Assembly (NCBI GenBank): GCA_965198945.1
Contig: CBDAQI010000010.1
Coordinates: forward strand, 73,720-137,719
Length of the DNA stretch: 64,000 nucleotides
Source of the DNA: Thermodesulfobacteriota bacterium
GTDB lineage: Bacteria > Desulfobacterota_D > UBA1144 > Nemesobacterales > Mycalebacteriaceae
Direction of reading: 5' to 3'
Shown here piece by piece: positions 48,311 through 57,182 of the stretch (positions within the stretch are counted from its first letter, which is position 1; every line of letters begins with the position of its first letter). The notes below the pieces were generated by a model that was not told where the DNA came from, searched no databases, and worked only from the letters and a program-made list of their open reading frames with translations. The position numbers were made by a program, and so were the translations under genes.

Positions 48311-49522
48311 ATGCCGACTTTCACAATTATTCCGCCTGACGCGTACTTAAAAGCCAAAATAAAAATTGTCGGCGTGGGCGGCGGCGGATGCAACGCGCTG
48401 GATTCCATGGCGGACAAAGGTTTGCAGGGTGTTGACTTTGTAGCCATCAACACGGATTCACAGCACCTTAAGAAATCAAAGGCATATGTAAAACTGCAGG
48501 TGGGCAGCCGCTCAACCCGGGGGCTCGGCGCGGGCGGCATTCCGGGGGTCGGTGAGGACGCCGCGCTGGAAGACAAGGCGAGAATAGCCGAAGCTCTTGA
48601 CGGTTCGGACATGGTTTTTATCACTGCGGGACTGGGCGGCGGCACCGGCACTGGCGCGTCCCCGGTGGTTTCCAAAGTGTCAAGAGAGGTTGGCGCCCTG
48701 ACGGTGGGAATAGTCACAATGCCCTTCAGTTTTGAGGGCGCATGGAAAACAAGGCAGGCCGGTGAAGGGCTTGTCAAACTTGAACGCGAGGTTGACACCC
48801 TCATAGTGGTTCCCAATGATAAGCTGTGTGACGGCGAAGCTCCCGCGCCGCTTTCTGAAGCGTTTGACAGCGCAAACGATGTTCTGTTTCGAGCCGTCAG
48901 CGGAATAACGGAGATTATAAACACACCGGGACTGATCAACACGGATTTTGCCGATGTCAGAACGATAATGAGCCAGGACGGCTCCAAGGCAATAATGGGA
49001 ACGGGTTCCGCCGGGGGCTCGGACAGGGCGGTAAAAGCGGCCGAATCCGCGGTTGAAAGTCCGCTTCTCGGGGAACTTTCCATTGAGGGCTGCAGGGGGG
49101 TTTTGCTTCACATAGTCGCTCCGCCGGATTTCGGCACGGACGAGCTTAAAAAAGCGTGCGATTACATAACGCAGAAAGCCAGTAATGACCTGAACTTTAT
49201 ATTCGGCTGGACAAAAGACGACAGTATAGGAGATCAGGTCAGAGTTACAATAATCGCCACCGGAGCACAAGAACCCTCACCTGATAATTCCAAGCCCGCC
49301 CCGCCCGAACAAGCCAACGGCTCCGCCGAGGGCGACCTTTTCAAGGAAAAGGAAGAAAAGAAAACCGAAAAAGTTCCCGACCTGGAAACTCCCGCCTATC
49401 TTCGCAACAGCAAAAACGATAAGAATGGTACAAATGACAAAGACGATGAAGATAAAAGCGATAAGGATAAAAATGATGACAAAAAAGGCGGCATCAAGGG
49501 CATATTCCGCCGCAGAGACTGA
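48311..49522 (+). CDS. ftsZ: Cell division protein FtsZ
   Basis: GVGGGG.NA, NTD, GLGGGTGTG, N.DFAD and C-terminal core DLETPAYLR. Confidence 0.98.
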   Translation: MPTFTIIPPDAYLKAKIKIVGVGGGGCNALDSMADKGLQGVDFVAINTDSQHLKKSKAYVKLQVGSRSTRGLGAGGIPGVGEDAALEDKARIAEALDGSDMVFITAGLGGGTGTGASPVVSKVSREVGALTVGIVTMPFSFEGAWKTRQAGEGLVKLEREVDTLIVVPNDKLCDGEAPAPLSEAFDSANDVLFRAVSGITEIINTPGLINTDFADVRTIMSQDGSKAIMGTGSAGGSDRAVKAAESAVESPLLGELSIEGCRGVLLHIVAPPDFGTDELKKACDYITQKASNDLNFIFGWTKDDSIGDQVRVTIIATGAQEPSPDNSKPAPPEQANGSAEGDLFKEKEEKKTEKVPDLETPAYLRNSKNDKNGTNDKDDEDKSDKDKNDDKKGGIKGIFRRRD

Positions 49523-49555
49523 TATGGCGGCCTGACCGCTTGTTCAATTCCGGTT

Positions 49556-49584
49556 TTCACATCCTTTGCAATACCGTATAAAAT
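49556..49584 (+). promoter_or_regulatory. Putative sigma70 promoter of tRNA-Glu
   Basis: TTCACA (49556-49561), 17-nt spacer, TAAAAT (49579-49584). Confidence 0.45.
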
Positions 49585-49602
49585 ACCGCTTCTGTTTGCG
49601 AG

Positions 49603-49679
49603 GGCCCCTTCGTCTAGACGGCCCAGGACGCCACCCTCTCAAGGTGGAAACACGGGTTCGAATCCCGTAGGGGCTGCCA
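49603..49679 (+). tRNA. tRNA-Glu (anticodon CTC)
   Basis: Acceptor stem GGCCCCT/AGGGGCT, anticodon arm CCACC-CT CTC AA-GGTGG, T-loop TTCGAAT, encoded CCA. Confidence 0.97.
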
Positions 49680-49688
49680 AACCCGAAA

Positions 49689-50642
49689 ATGGGCTTTACA
49701 TCCGACTCCGCTCAGCTTGTTTCTCTTTGCCTGATAATCGGCTGTGTTGCGGATTTTCTTTTTTCAGATCCCCGCATTCCTCCCAATCCCGTCCGTTTTT
49801 TCGGCGCCGTTATTTCACGCGCGGAGAAATTTCTCAACCGTGGAGGCGCAAGAGCTGCCAAAGGCGGGATTTTCGCGGTTGCTTTTGCCACGGGTGTTTT
49901 CTGGTTTTTCACGCAGTTTCAAAACGCGGCTCTTTCCGCGGGTGTTTTTGCATATATTGTGTTTGCGTCATTGTTCGTTTTTTTCGGTCTTGCCGGCTCA
50001 GGTCTCATAGCGGAGTGCGCGGCGGTTTTTTCAGCGGTTGAAAAAGGTGATATTTCCCTCTCGCGCCTCCGGCTTTCCATGATTGTCGGGCGCGACACGG
50101 ACACACTTTGTGCCGCACGGATTAAGACCGCGACCCTTGAAACCATGTCTGAGAATCTTTCTGACGGTGTTGTGGCTCCGATTTTTTTCTATCTGCTGGG
50201 AGGAGTTCCGGCTATGATGGCATACAAGGCGGTTAACACCCTGGACTCAATGATAGGGCATAAAAACAGCCGCTACGGGGAGTTTGGAAAAGTCGCCGCA
50301 AGAATTGATGATGCGGCAAACTTTATTCCCGCCCGCCTGACGGCTTTTGCGATGGCGCTTTGCGCATTGAGCCGCCGTTCCTTTGTTTTTCTGTTCAGGT
50401 TTGGACGGAGCCACCCCAGCCCCAATGCGGGTTTCCCGCAGGCCGCGCTTGCGGGAATTCTGGATTGCCGTTTTGGCGGAGTCTCATCATATGGCGGACA
50501 AACTGTTCGCAAACCGTTTATCGGGGAGAACCCGAGGGAAATAACCCCCCGTGATTTTGCGGCGGCGCGGCGGATAAACAATGTTATCATGGTTGTTTCA
50601 GTGGTCGCGGCTTCTCTTTTGAAAGCGGTGTTTTGGAATTGA
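49689..50642 (+). CDS. cbiB: Adenosylcobinamide-phosphate synthase CbiB
   Basis: DP...PV, IVGRDT, ENLSDG..AP, NTLDSMIG, DD.ANFIPARLT and HPSPNAG motifs. Confidence 0.94.
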   Translation: MGFTSDSAQLVSLCLIIGCVADFLFSDPRIPPNPVRFFGAVISRAEKFLNRGGARAAKGGIFAVAFATGVFWFFTQFQNAALSAGVFAYIVFASLFVFFGLAGSGLIAECAAVFSAVEKGDISLSRLRLSMIVGRDTDTLCAARIKTATLETMSENLSDGVVAPIFFYLLGGVPAMMAYKAVNTLDSMIGHKNSRYGEFGKVAARIDDAANFIPARLTAFAMALCALSRRSFVFLFRFGRSHPSPNAGFPQAALAGILDCRFGGVSSYGGQTVRKPFIGENPREITPRDFAAARRINNVIMVVSVVAASLLKAVFWN

Positions 50643-50676
50643 AAGCCCCAATCAAGTATCTTCTGCTGAGGAAATT

Positions 50677-51603
50677 TTGAGCTCTGAAAATAACAAGCTG
50701 AATCGCCCGGGCGGCAAAGGCATATTGATATGCGGACACGGAAGCCGGGACTCCGAAGGGGTGGAGGGGTTCAAGGATCTTGTTCGCGGGATGAGACTCA
50801 GACATCCCGACACGGCGGTTGATTACGGGTTTCTTGAGTTTGCGCACCCGACTTTTGATGTTGCGGTGAATTCAATGAGAGAAAAGGGGGTCTCCGACAT
50901 AGTTTCGCTTCCCGCAATTCTTTTTGCCGGCGGACACGCAAAAAACGATATGCCGTTTGAAATGAACTCCATTCAGGCGGCGCATAATGACCTCAGAATA
51001 CGTTTCGGCAGTTTTCTGGGCGTGTCTGCGCAACTTCTCAAACTGTGCCGTCTGCTGATAGAGGAGTGTGAGAGATCAGCCCCCCCGCATCCCAGGGAAG
51101 ACTCGTGTCTTCTTCTCGTGGGCAGGGGGACCTCAGACCCGGATGGAAACTCCGATGTTGCAAAAATGGCCAGGATGCTTGAGGAGGGGATGGGTTTCGG
51201 TTTTTCCCGCACGGCTTACATAGGAGTTACAAAACCCGGTCTTGAGGAAACCCTTGAACTTCTTGAATTGCTCCCCCACTCAAGGATAGTGGCGCTTCCC
51301 GTTTTTCTTTTCACGGGCGTGCTTTTGAAAAGAATTTACTCGCTTATTGAGAAACACCGCGAGAGTTCCGGCAAGGAAATTCTGTTCACCGGGCCGTTCG
51401 GCGCGCACAGCCTGATTCTTGACATACTTGATGAGAGAATTGAAGAGGTTGAGTCCGGGAGTGCGAACATGAATTGCCAGCTTTGTAAATACAGAACGCA
51501 GATAGTCGGTTTTGAACAGGAGGAGGGCAGGGAGCAGGTCGGGCACCATTTCCATGTCAGGGGAAGTCTTTCGGAAGGCGGTTTGAATGGGAGCGACAAA
51601 TGA
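50677..51603 (+). CDS. cbiX: Sirohydrochlorin cobaltochelatase, long-form CbiX
   Basis: CGHGSRD, FLEFA.P, AGGHAKND and GRGTSD motifs; C-terminal MNCQLC and His-containing tail. Confidence 0.9.
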   Translation: MSSENNKLNRPGGKGILICGHGSRDSEGVEGFKDLVRGMRLRHPDTAVDYGFLEFAHPTFDVAVNSMREKGVSDIVSLPAILFAGGHAKNDMPFEMNSIQAAHNDLRIRFGSFLGVSAQLLKLCRLLIEECERSAPPHPREDSCLLLVGRGTSDPDGNSDVAKMARMLEEGMGFGFSRTAYIGVTKPGLEETLELLELLPHSRIVALPVFLFTGVLLKRIYSLIEKHRESSGKEILFTGPFGAHSLILDILDERIEEVESGSANMNCQLCKYRTQIVGFEQEEGREQVGHHFHVRGSLSEGGLNGSDK

Positions 51604-52321
51604 ACAAAAACCTTCGGGCCGGCTTCGCGGAGTTTCACTGGGACCGGGCTCTCCGGATTTAATAACCGTAAGGGCGCTTGATGTGCTGCGCCGCTCGCAC
51701 AGGATTTACTACCCGGCGGCTTCGCAGGCGGGAGCCGCCGGGCAAAGCCGCTGTTTTGCTATTATCAGACATTACGGGCTTGAGGGCACGGCAAAACCTT
51801 TTGAGGTGAATATGAAAAGCACAAGCACGGCGGATTATTCATACCGGCTCGTGAGGGAAGTTTTACTTGGAGATTTGAATAAGGGTCTTGATGTTGCGAT
51901 TGTGTGTGAGGGATGTCTTTCACTTTACAGCACGGCGTTTCAGATTTTATGTGATGATGTTTTCAGCGGGCGTTTTGAGTTGATACCGGGCGTTTCCTCT
52001 CTGTCCGCCGCATCGGTGTCTTCGGATGTTTGCCTTGGTATCGGAAGCGATAAGATAGCGGTGATTCCGGGTTTGTCTTCCCGCCGTGAGATAGAGAGCG
52101 CGGTTGACAGCTTTGAAACCGTTGTCGTTGTCAAGCCGTCACGCTCAGGGGGGATTGCGGATATTATAAAAGAAAAGAATCTGGAGTTTGTTTATTGCCG
52201 CGACATCGGAGGCGCCGGGCACTTTATAACAGGCGATCCGGCGGATATTGAGAACGGGGAATTTCCTTATTTTTCCCTGTTTATAATCTCAAAAAAACTG
52301 AACAGATGCCCGGCAGCGTAA
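51587..52321 (+). CDS. cobI: (Cobalt-)precorrin-2 C20-methyltransferase
   Basis: GVSLGPG.PDLIT, EG..SLYST, IPGVSS and PYFS motifs. Confidence 0.85.
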   Translation: MGATNEQKPSGRLRGVSLGPGSPDLITVRALDVLRRSHRIYYPAASQAGAAGQSRCFAIIRHYGLEGTAKPFEVNMKSTSTADYSYRLVREVLLGDLNKGLDVAIVCEGCLSLYSTAFQILCDDVFSGRFELIPGVSSLSAASVSSDVCLGIGSDKIAVIPGLSSRREIESAVDSFETVVVVKPSRSGGIADIIKEKNLEFVYCRDIGGAGHFITGDPADIENGEFPYFSLFIISKKLNRCPAA

Positions 52322-53679
52322 CAGTCATAGGGATAGGTCCCGGAGCCGGGGGTCACATAACCCCGCTTGCCAGAGAGGCGCTTGCCCGCGCCGAAGCCGT
52401 GGTCGGCTACGGTTATTACTTCCGTTTTGTGGAAGAATTAATTTCTGAAAACTGCGAACGAATTGAAAAAGATCTTTCCGAGGAAGAGGAAAGGGCTGAG
52501 ATTGCCATCTCTCTTGCGCGCGACGGGAAAAATGTCGCCATTATAAGCTCCGGAGACAGCGGCGTCTACGGAATGGCGTCAATTATTCATCAGGCAGATT
52601 TGAAAGCGCAGTGCCGCATGGAGGTGTCGGTGATTCCGGGCGTAAGCGCATTCATAGCGGCGGCGGCCAGGCTTGGCGCTCCGCTCGGACATGATTTTTG
52701 CTCAATTTCATTGTCAGACCTGCTGACCCCGTGGAGGAAGATAGAAAAACGCATATTCTCCGCAGCGGAGGGAGACTTTGTTACGGTTGTGCACAACCCG
52801 AGAAGCGCAAAAAGATACTGGCAGCTGCCGCGTCTCAGGGAGATATTTCTTGCGTCAAAATCTCCCCTGACCCCGGTCGGAATCGTCCGCAATGTTTCGC
52901 GGCGTGACGAAAGCGCTTGCATTACAACACTTGCGCGTCTCAATCCGGAAGAGATTGATATGTTCTCGGTTTTGATAATAGGCAATTCGGAAACATTTGC
53001 GGTCGGAGACAGGATGATAACTCCGAGGGGCGAAAAAGGGGTGGACGGCGGAGACCCCGCGCGTGTTATTTATGATGAGAGTTTCCGCACCGTGGAGGGT
53101 TTGCTGAGGCATTCTTCCTCAAAAAGCCCGGGAGCGCTCAGGGCGATAAGGCGGTGCGTCCACACCACGGCGGACTTTGAGTATGAGACTCTTTTTCATT
53201 GCTCGGAGGGGGCGATGGAAAAGTGGAATGAGGGTCTTTGCGGCGGCGAAATAGTGACCGATGTAAGAATGGTTTTCGCCGGTGTTTCAAAACGGCTTCT
53301 TGAGAGAAAGGGCGCAAAGGTTTTTTGCCATCTTGACGACCCCGAATCAGAGCCAATTCGTAAAAAAGAGAAAATTACCAGAAGTCAGGCGGCTATGAGG
53401 GTTGCCATAAAGAAACATCCGGACGCTCTTTTCGCCATTGGCAACGCTCCGACCGCTCTTATTGAGATTGCCGACACCCTGGTGGAATCAAAGGCGTTCA
53501 GTCCGCTCGGCGTCATCGGGGCGCCGGTGGGTTTTGTCAATGTTGAGCAGTCCAAGACGCGCCTTGAAGCGGCTGCGGGAGAGACCCCTTTTGCCGTCAT
53601 AAGAGGAAAAAAGGGCGGCAGCGCCGTTGCGGCCGCCATAGTGAATGCGGCTCTGGGTCTTGATGAAGATGAGTTTTAG
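52306..53679 (+). CDS. cobJ: Fused precorrin-3B C17-methyltransferase (CobJ/CbiH) and precorrin-8X methylmutase (CobH/CbiC)
   Basis: N-part GIGPG, SSGDSGVYGMA, GAPLGHDF..ISLSDL.TPW, MITPRG. C-part HTTADF, TRS, IGNAPTAL, PVGFV, KGGS. Confidence 0.92.
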   Translation: MPGSVTVIGIGPGAGGHITPLAREALARAEAVVGYGYYFRFVEELISENCERIEKDLSEEEERAEIAISLARDGKNVAIISSGDSGVYGMASIIHQADLKAQCRMEVSVIPGVSAFIAAAARLGAPLGHDFCSISLSDLLTPWRKIEKRIFSAAEGDFVTVVHNPRSAKRYWQLPRLREIFLASKSPLTPVGIVRNVSRRDESACITTLARLNPEEIDMFSVLIIGNSETFAVGDRMITPRGEKGVDGGDPARVIYDESFRTVEGLLRHSSSKSPGALRAIRRCVHTTADFEYETLFHCSEGAMEKWNEGLCGGEIVTDVRMVFAGVSKRLLERKGAKVFCHLDDPESEPIRKKEKITRSQAAMRVAIKKHPDALFAIGNAPTALIEIADTLVESKAFSPLGVIGAPVGFVNVEQSKTRLEAAAGETPFAVIRGKKGGSAVAAAIVNAALGLDEDEF

Positions 53680-53688
53680 TTTCCCGGC

Positions 53689-54078
53689 TCACAAATCGGG
53701 TCTTATGTCTATTATGTTCATTTTTTTCTCAATACGTTTTTGAATAAAAAGTTTAATTATTCTGCGGGTCTGTGGAATAATGAGGAGAAAGCCCGCAATA
53801 TCCGTCAGCAGACCTGGGGTCAGCAGCACTACCGCGCCGACCAGTATCATAATTCCGTCCATGACTGAGTTTGACGGCATCCTTCCGCCGCTCAGATCGT
53901 TGCGGATTGACATTACAACGGAGGTTCCCTGCCAGCGGGCAAGAGACGCGCCGAGCACGGCGGTCGCCACTACCAGCCAGACCGTTTCCCATATTCCCAT
54001 TACGCTTCCCAGTTTGATGAGAATTGCCAGCTCAATTATGGGCACTGCAATAAAAACGGTGACAATTAATGGAAACAT
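53689..54078 (-). CDS. fxsA: FxsA membrane protein
   Basis: PIIE..ILI..G, ARWQG and LLTPG.LTD..G motifs. Start at ATG 54078. Confidence 0.9.
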   Translation of the reverse strand: MFPLIVTVFIAVPIIELAILIKLGSVMGIWETVWLVVATAVLGASLARWQGTSVVMSIRNDLSGGRMPSNSVMDGIMILVGAVVLLTPGLLTDIAGFLLIIPQTRRIIKLFIQKRIEKKMNIIDIRPDL

Positions 54079-54117
54079 TGGACTTAGCCGTCTGGTCGCA
54101 ACATAATAACACAGGAT

Positions 54118-54969
54118 ATGCAAGAGCTCACAATCCTTTCTCCCGCGAAAATCAATCTTAACCTACGCGTTACAGGAGTCCGGGATGACGGTTTTCACAA
54201 CACAGATTCACTTGTTCAGCCGGTCGGCATCTTTGATGAGGTTCATATCAGTATTTCAAATCACGGCAGTGTTGTTCTTAATTCGGACTTTTGCGGCGCC
54301 TTTCCGCTCGCAAAAAACACCGCTTATATTGCGGCAAAACTGTTTTTGCAAGAGTCGCGTATTGAGAGAGGGGTGGAGATATTTCTGAAAAAAACCGTTC
54401 CCGCGGGCGCGGGTCTCGGCGGCGGCAGCGGCAATGCGGCCGCCGTCCTTGTCGGACTTAACCGTGTTTTTGAAGTTTTTGAATACGAAGATCTTTGCCG
54501 TATAGGGTATATGGTCGGTTCGGACGTTCCGCTTTTTATCAGGTGCGAGACCTGCCGGATTTCAGGCGCGGGCGAGCGCATTGAACATCTGGAGGATTTT
54601 CCTCTTTTCCACTATGTGGTTTGCTTTCCGGGTTTTGAGTGCCGCACGGCGGATGTTTACCGCAAATGGGACGATTTGAAACTGCATGGCGAACTTCCCT
54701 CCCGCGGGGAAAAAATGTGGCGCGTAAATCCGGCGGTTGAAATGGAAAACGATCTTGAGTCCGCGGCTTTTGCTCTTTATCCCGAACTCGGTCGCTTTCG
54801 TTCTTTAATAGAGGAGGCGGGAAATGTTCCTTTTTTGATGACCGGCTCGGGTTCGGCTTTCTTTTCAGTTTTTGAGGACGGATTTCAAGCCGCGGAAGTA
54901 TTTGAGCGTGTGAAGAAAGCGGGCGGCTTCCGGTGTTTTCCGGCCCGGGGCGTTGAGGGATGGTTATAG
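54118..54969 (+). CDS. ispE: 4-diphosphocytidyl-2-C-methyl-D-erythritol kinase
   Basis: PAKINL.L, P.GAGLGGGS.NAA, GSDVP, NDLE and MTGSGS motifs. Confidence 0.96.
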   Translation: MQELTILSPAKINLNLRVTGVRDDGFHNTDSLVQPVGIFDEVHISISNHGSVVLNSDFCGAFPLAKNTAYIAAKLFLQESRIERGVEIFLKKTVPAGAGLGGGSGNAAAVLVGLNRVFEVFEYEDLCRIGYMVGSDVPLFIRCETCRISGAGERIEHLEDFPLFHYVVCFPGFECRTADVYRKWDDLKLHGELPSRGEKMWRVNPAVEMENDLESAAFALYPELGRFRSLIEEAGNVPFLMTGSGSAFFSVFEDGFQAAEVFERVKKAGGFRCFPARGVEGWL

Positions 54970-55205
54970 TATGAAAAACGCATTCGGGAAAATAATTCCG
55001 CCCCCGCCCGCAGTCCGGCAAAAGCGTTTCGCGGGAATAATTTTCATAACTTTTTTACTTTGTTGTCATCTGATTTTGTGTTTTTGAAGTTTGACGAGCC
55101 CGCAGGCGGGCGGGGTATAAAACCGTACTGTCTGAAATAAAACCGGCGGGTGTTTCACGCACACCCTTTAAGCGCGCTGAGGGGTTGTGTAGATTACAAC
55201 GCAGA

Positions 55206-55279
55206 TGGGGCGTCGTCTAACGGCAGGACACCGGACTTTGACTCCGGCAGTGGAGGTTCGAGTCCTCCCGCCCCAGCCA
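55206..55279 (+). tRNA. tRNA-Gln (anticodon TTG)
   Basis: Acceptor stem TGGGGCG/CGCCCCA, anticodon arm CCGGA-CT TTG AC-TCCGG, T-loop TTCGAGT, encoded CCA; usual position after ispE. Confidence 0.97.
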
Positions 55280-55289
55280 GACCGGGAGA

Positions 55290-56576
55290 CTATTTCCACT
55301 CTCCCAGTTTTCCGTTTTTCACTCCGCCGTTTGCAATTGCCTCTTCAAACTCTTCTCTGAATTTGCGCACAATTGATTCAACGGGCATTGCGCAGCCGTC
55401 TGCCAGGGCGCAGATGGTTTTCCCCCTCATCTGCGAGCACGCATCAAGTATTATGTCCGGATATTCGGCCGAACCCGCGCCGTCTTCAATTTTTCCAAGC
55501 ATTTTTTCGAGCCACCATGTACCCTCTCTGCACTGCACACACTGCCCGCATGATTCGTCTCTGTAGAAATGTGCGATGTTGCGCGCCGCGCTCACCATTG
55601 AAACCGTTTCATCCATAACCGTTACGCCGCCCGTTCCGAGCATTGAACCGAGCCCGTTAAGTGTGTCAAAATCCATCGCAATATCTATTTCATCCCCTGC
55701 AAGAATGGCGGATGAAGAGCCTCCCGGAGAGACCGCTTTGATTTCGGCGTCTCCGGGAATTCCTCCCCCGTATTCATAGATAAGCTCTCTGAGCGACACG
55801 CCGAGAGGAAGCTCATACAACCCGGGGCGGTTCACGCATCCGCTGAGACCGAAGAGCTTTGTGCCGGTGTTTTTCGGTGTTCCAATTGATGAAAACCACC
55901 CGGCTCCTCCGTTGATTATATGAGGCACACAGGCGAGTGTTTCCACATTGTTTATTACCGTGGGGCTGTTGAACAGCCCGACCTGTGCGGGAAAAGGGGG
56001 CTTGGGTCTCGGCTCCCCGTTTTTTCCTTCTATTGACTCAAGCATTCCGGTTTCCTCGCCGCAAATATATGCTCCCGCCCCTCTGAAAAGGGCCGCATCA
56101 GTGTTGAAGCCCGAGCCCATTATGTTTTTTCCCAGATAGCCGCCGGCGTAAGCCTCTTTCAGAGCGTTTTCAATTATGCCCGCGCCGTACGGCATCTCAC
56201 CCCTGATGTAGATATACATTTTTTCCGCCCCGACGGCGCGCGCCGCGATTACCATTCCCTCAATCATCTGGTGCGGGTCGCGCTCAATAATTTCCCTGTC
56301 CTTGAAACTGCCGGGCTCACTCTCATCGGCGTTGCAGCAAAGATAGACTGTTTTTCCGCTTTTTTTCGGAATGAATCCCCATTTGAGTCCTGTTGGAAAG
56401 CCCGCTCCGCCGCGGCCGCGAAGACCCGACTTTTTTATTACCTCAATGATTTCCTCCGGCTCCATTGAAAGCGCCTTTTTCAGGGTCTCATAGCCGCCGG
56501 ATTCCAGATACGAACCGATCAGATGAGACGATGCGCCTCTTTCCGTATAGTTTCTTATTATCTTTGTTTCAGGCAT
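55290..56576 (-). CDS. nuoF: NADH:quinone oxidoreductase subunit F (FMN, 4Fe-4S)
   Basis: GLRGRGGAGFPTG.KW, NADESEPG, GAGAYICGEET, NNVET and ESCGQCVQCREG...C motifs. Confidence 0.93.
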   Translation of the reverse strand: MPETKIIRNYTERGASSHLIGSYLESGGYETLKKALSMEPEEIIEVIKKSGLRGRGGAGFPTGLKWGFIPKKSGKTVYLCCNADESEPGSFKDREIIERDPHQMIEGMVIAARAVGAEKMYIYIRGEMPYGAGIIENALKEAYAGGYLGKNIMGSGFNTDAALFRGAGAYICGEETGMLESIEGKNGEPRPKPPFPAQVGLFNSPTVINNVETLACVPHIINGGAGWFSSIGTPKNTGTKLFGLSGCVNRPGLYELPLGVSLRELIYEYGGGIPGDAEIKAVSPGGSSSAILAGDEIDIAMDFDTLNGLGSMLGTGGVTVMDETVSMVSAARNIAHFYRDESCGQCVQCREGTWWLEKMLGKIEDGAGSAEYPDIILDACSQMRGKTICALADGCAMPVESIVRKFREEFEEAIANGGVKNGKLGEWK

Positions 56577-56592
56577 CTGTTTTCAGAGCCCG

Positions 56593-56601
56593 ATTGTATC
56601 A
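56593..56601 (-). promoter_or_regulatory. Putative extended -10 promoter of nuoF
   Basis: Minus strand TG-A-TACAAT, 16 nt upstream of the ATG. Confidence 0.4.
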
Positions 56602-56624
56602 TAAATCCGCACAGTCTTCAGCAT

Positions 56625-56653
56625 TTGACCGTCGCGCCTTCTGCTGTTAGACT
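56625..56653 (+). promoter_or_regulatory. Putative sigma70 promoter of carD
   Basis: TTGACC (56625-56630), 17-nt spacer containing extended TG, TAGACT (56648-56653). Confidence 0.5.
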
Positions 56654-56681
56654 TGCTCCGCTTCCGCAGGCCCTTTCGATA

Positions 56682-57182
56682 ATGGCTGTTCAGTTCAAAC
56701 CCGGTAACAATGTCGTCTATCCCGTTTACGGAGTAGCCAGAATAGAGTCTCTGGAGACGAAAAAAATAGCGGACAAAAAACACACTTTTTATATTCTCAA
56801 AACTCTTAAAAACGATATCACGGTTATGGTCCCTGTGGAAAACACTTCCAAGGTGGGCATGAGAAAAATAATTTCCAAACGCCGCGTGCCTGAGGTTTTT
56901 GAGGTTTTGAAGCGGAAAAAGACCCAGTCACCCACATCAAAGAAACAGGCATGGAACAAGCGGCACAAGGAGTATTCCGAAAAAATAAAAAACGGCGATA
57001 TTTTTGAAGTCGCCGAAGTGTTCCGTGACATATTCAAAACAAGCAAGAAAAAAGACCTCTCTTTCGGTGAAAAACAGATAATGGAAAATGCGTTTTCCCT
57101 TGTTTCAAGTGAAATCGCGGTTGCCACTTCAAAGTCTGAAGAGGGTGTGGGAAAAGAAATACACGAAGCGGTTTCAAAATGA
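56682..57182 (+). CDS. carD: CarD/CdnL-family RNA polymerase-binding regulator
   Basis: F..G..VVYP.YGV, MVPV....VGMR, conserved Trp in WNKR, and LSFGE. Start at ATG 56682. Confidence 0.92.
   Translation: MAVQFKPGNNVVYPVYGVARIESLETKKIADKKHTFYILKTLKNDITVMVPVENTSKVGMRKIISKRRVPEVFEVLKRKKTQSPTSKKQAWNKRHKEYSEKIKNGDIFEVAEVFRDIFKTSKKKDLSFGEKQIMENAFSLVSSEIAVATSKSEEGVGKEIHEAVSK

Noticed and set aside
53689..54078. fxsA as part of a phage-defence locus
   Set aside because: It is a widespread housekeeping membrane protein with host-like composition and no defence neighbours.
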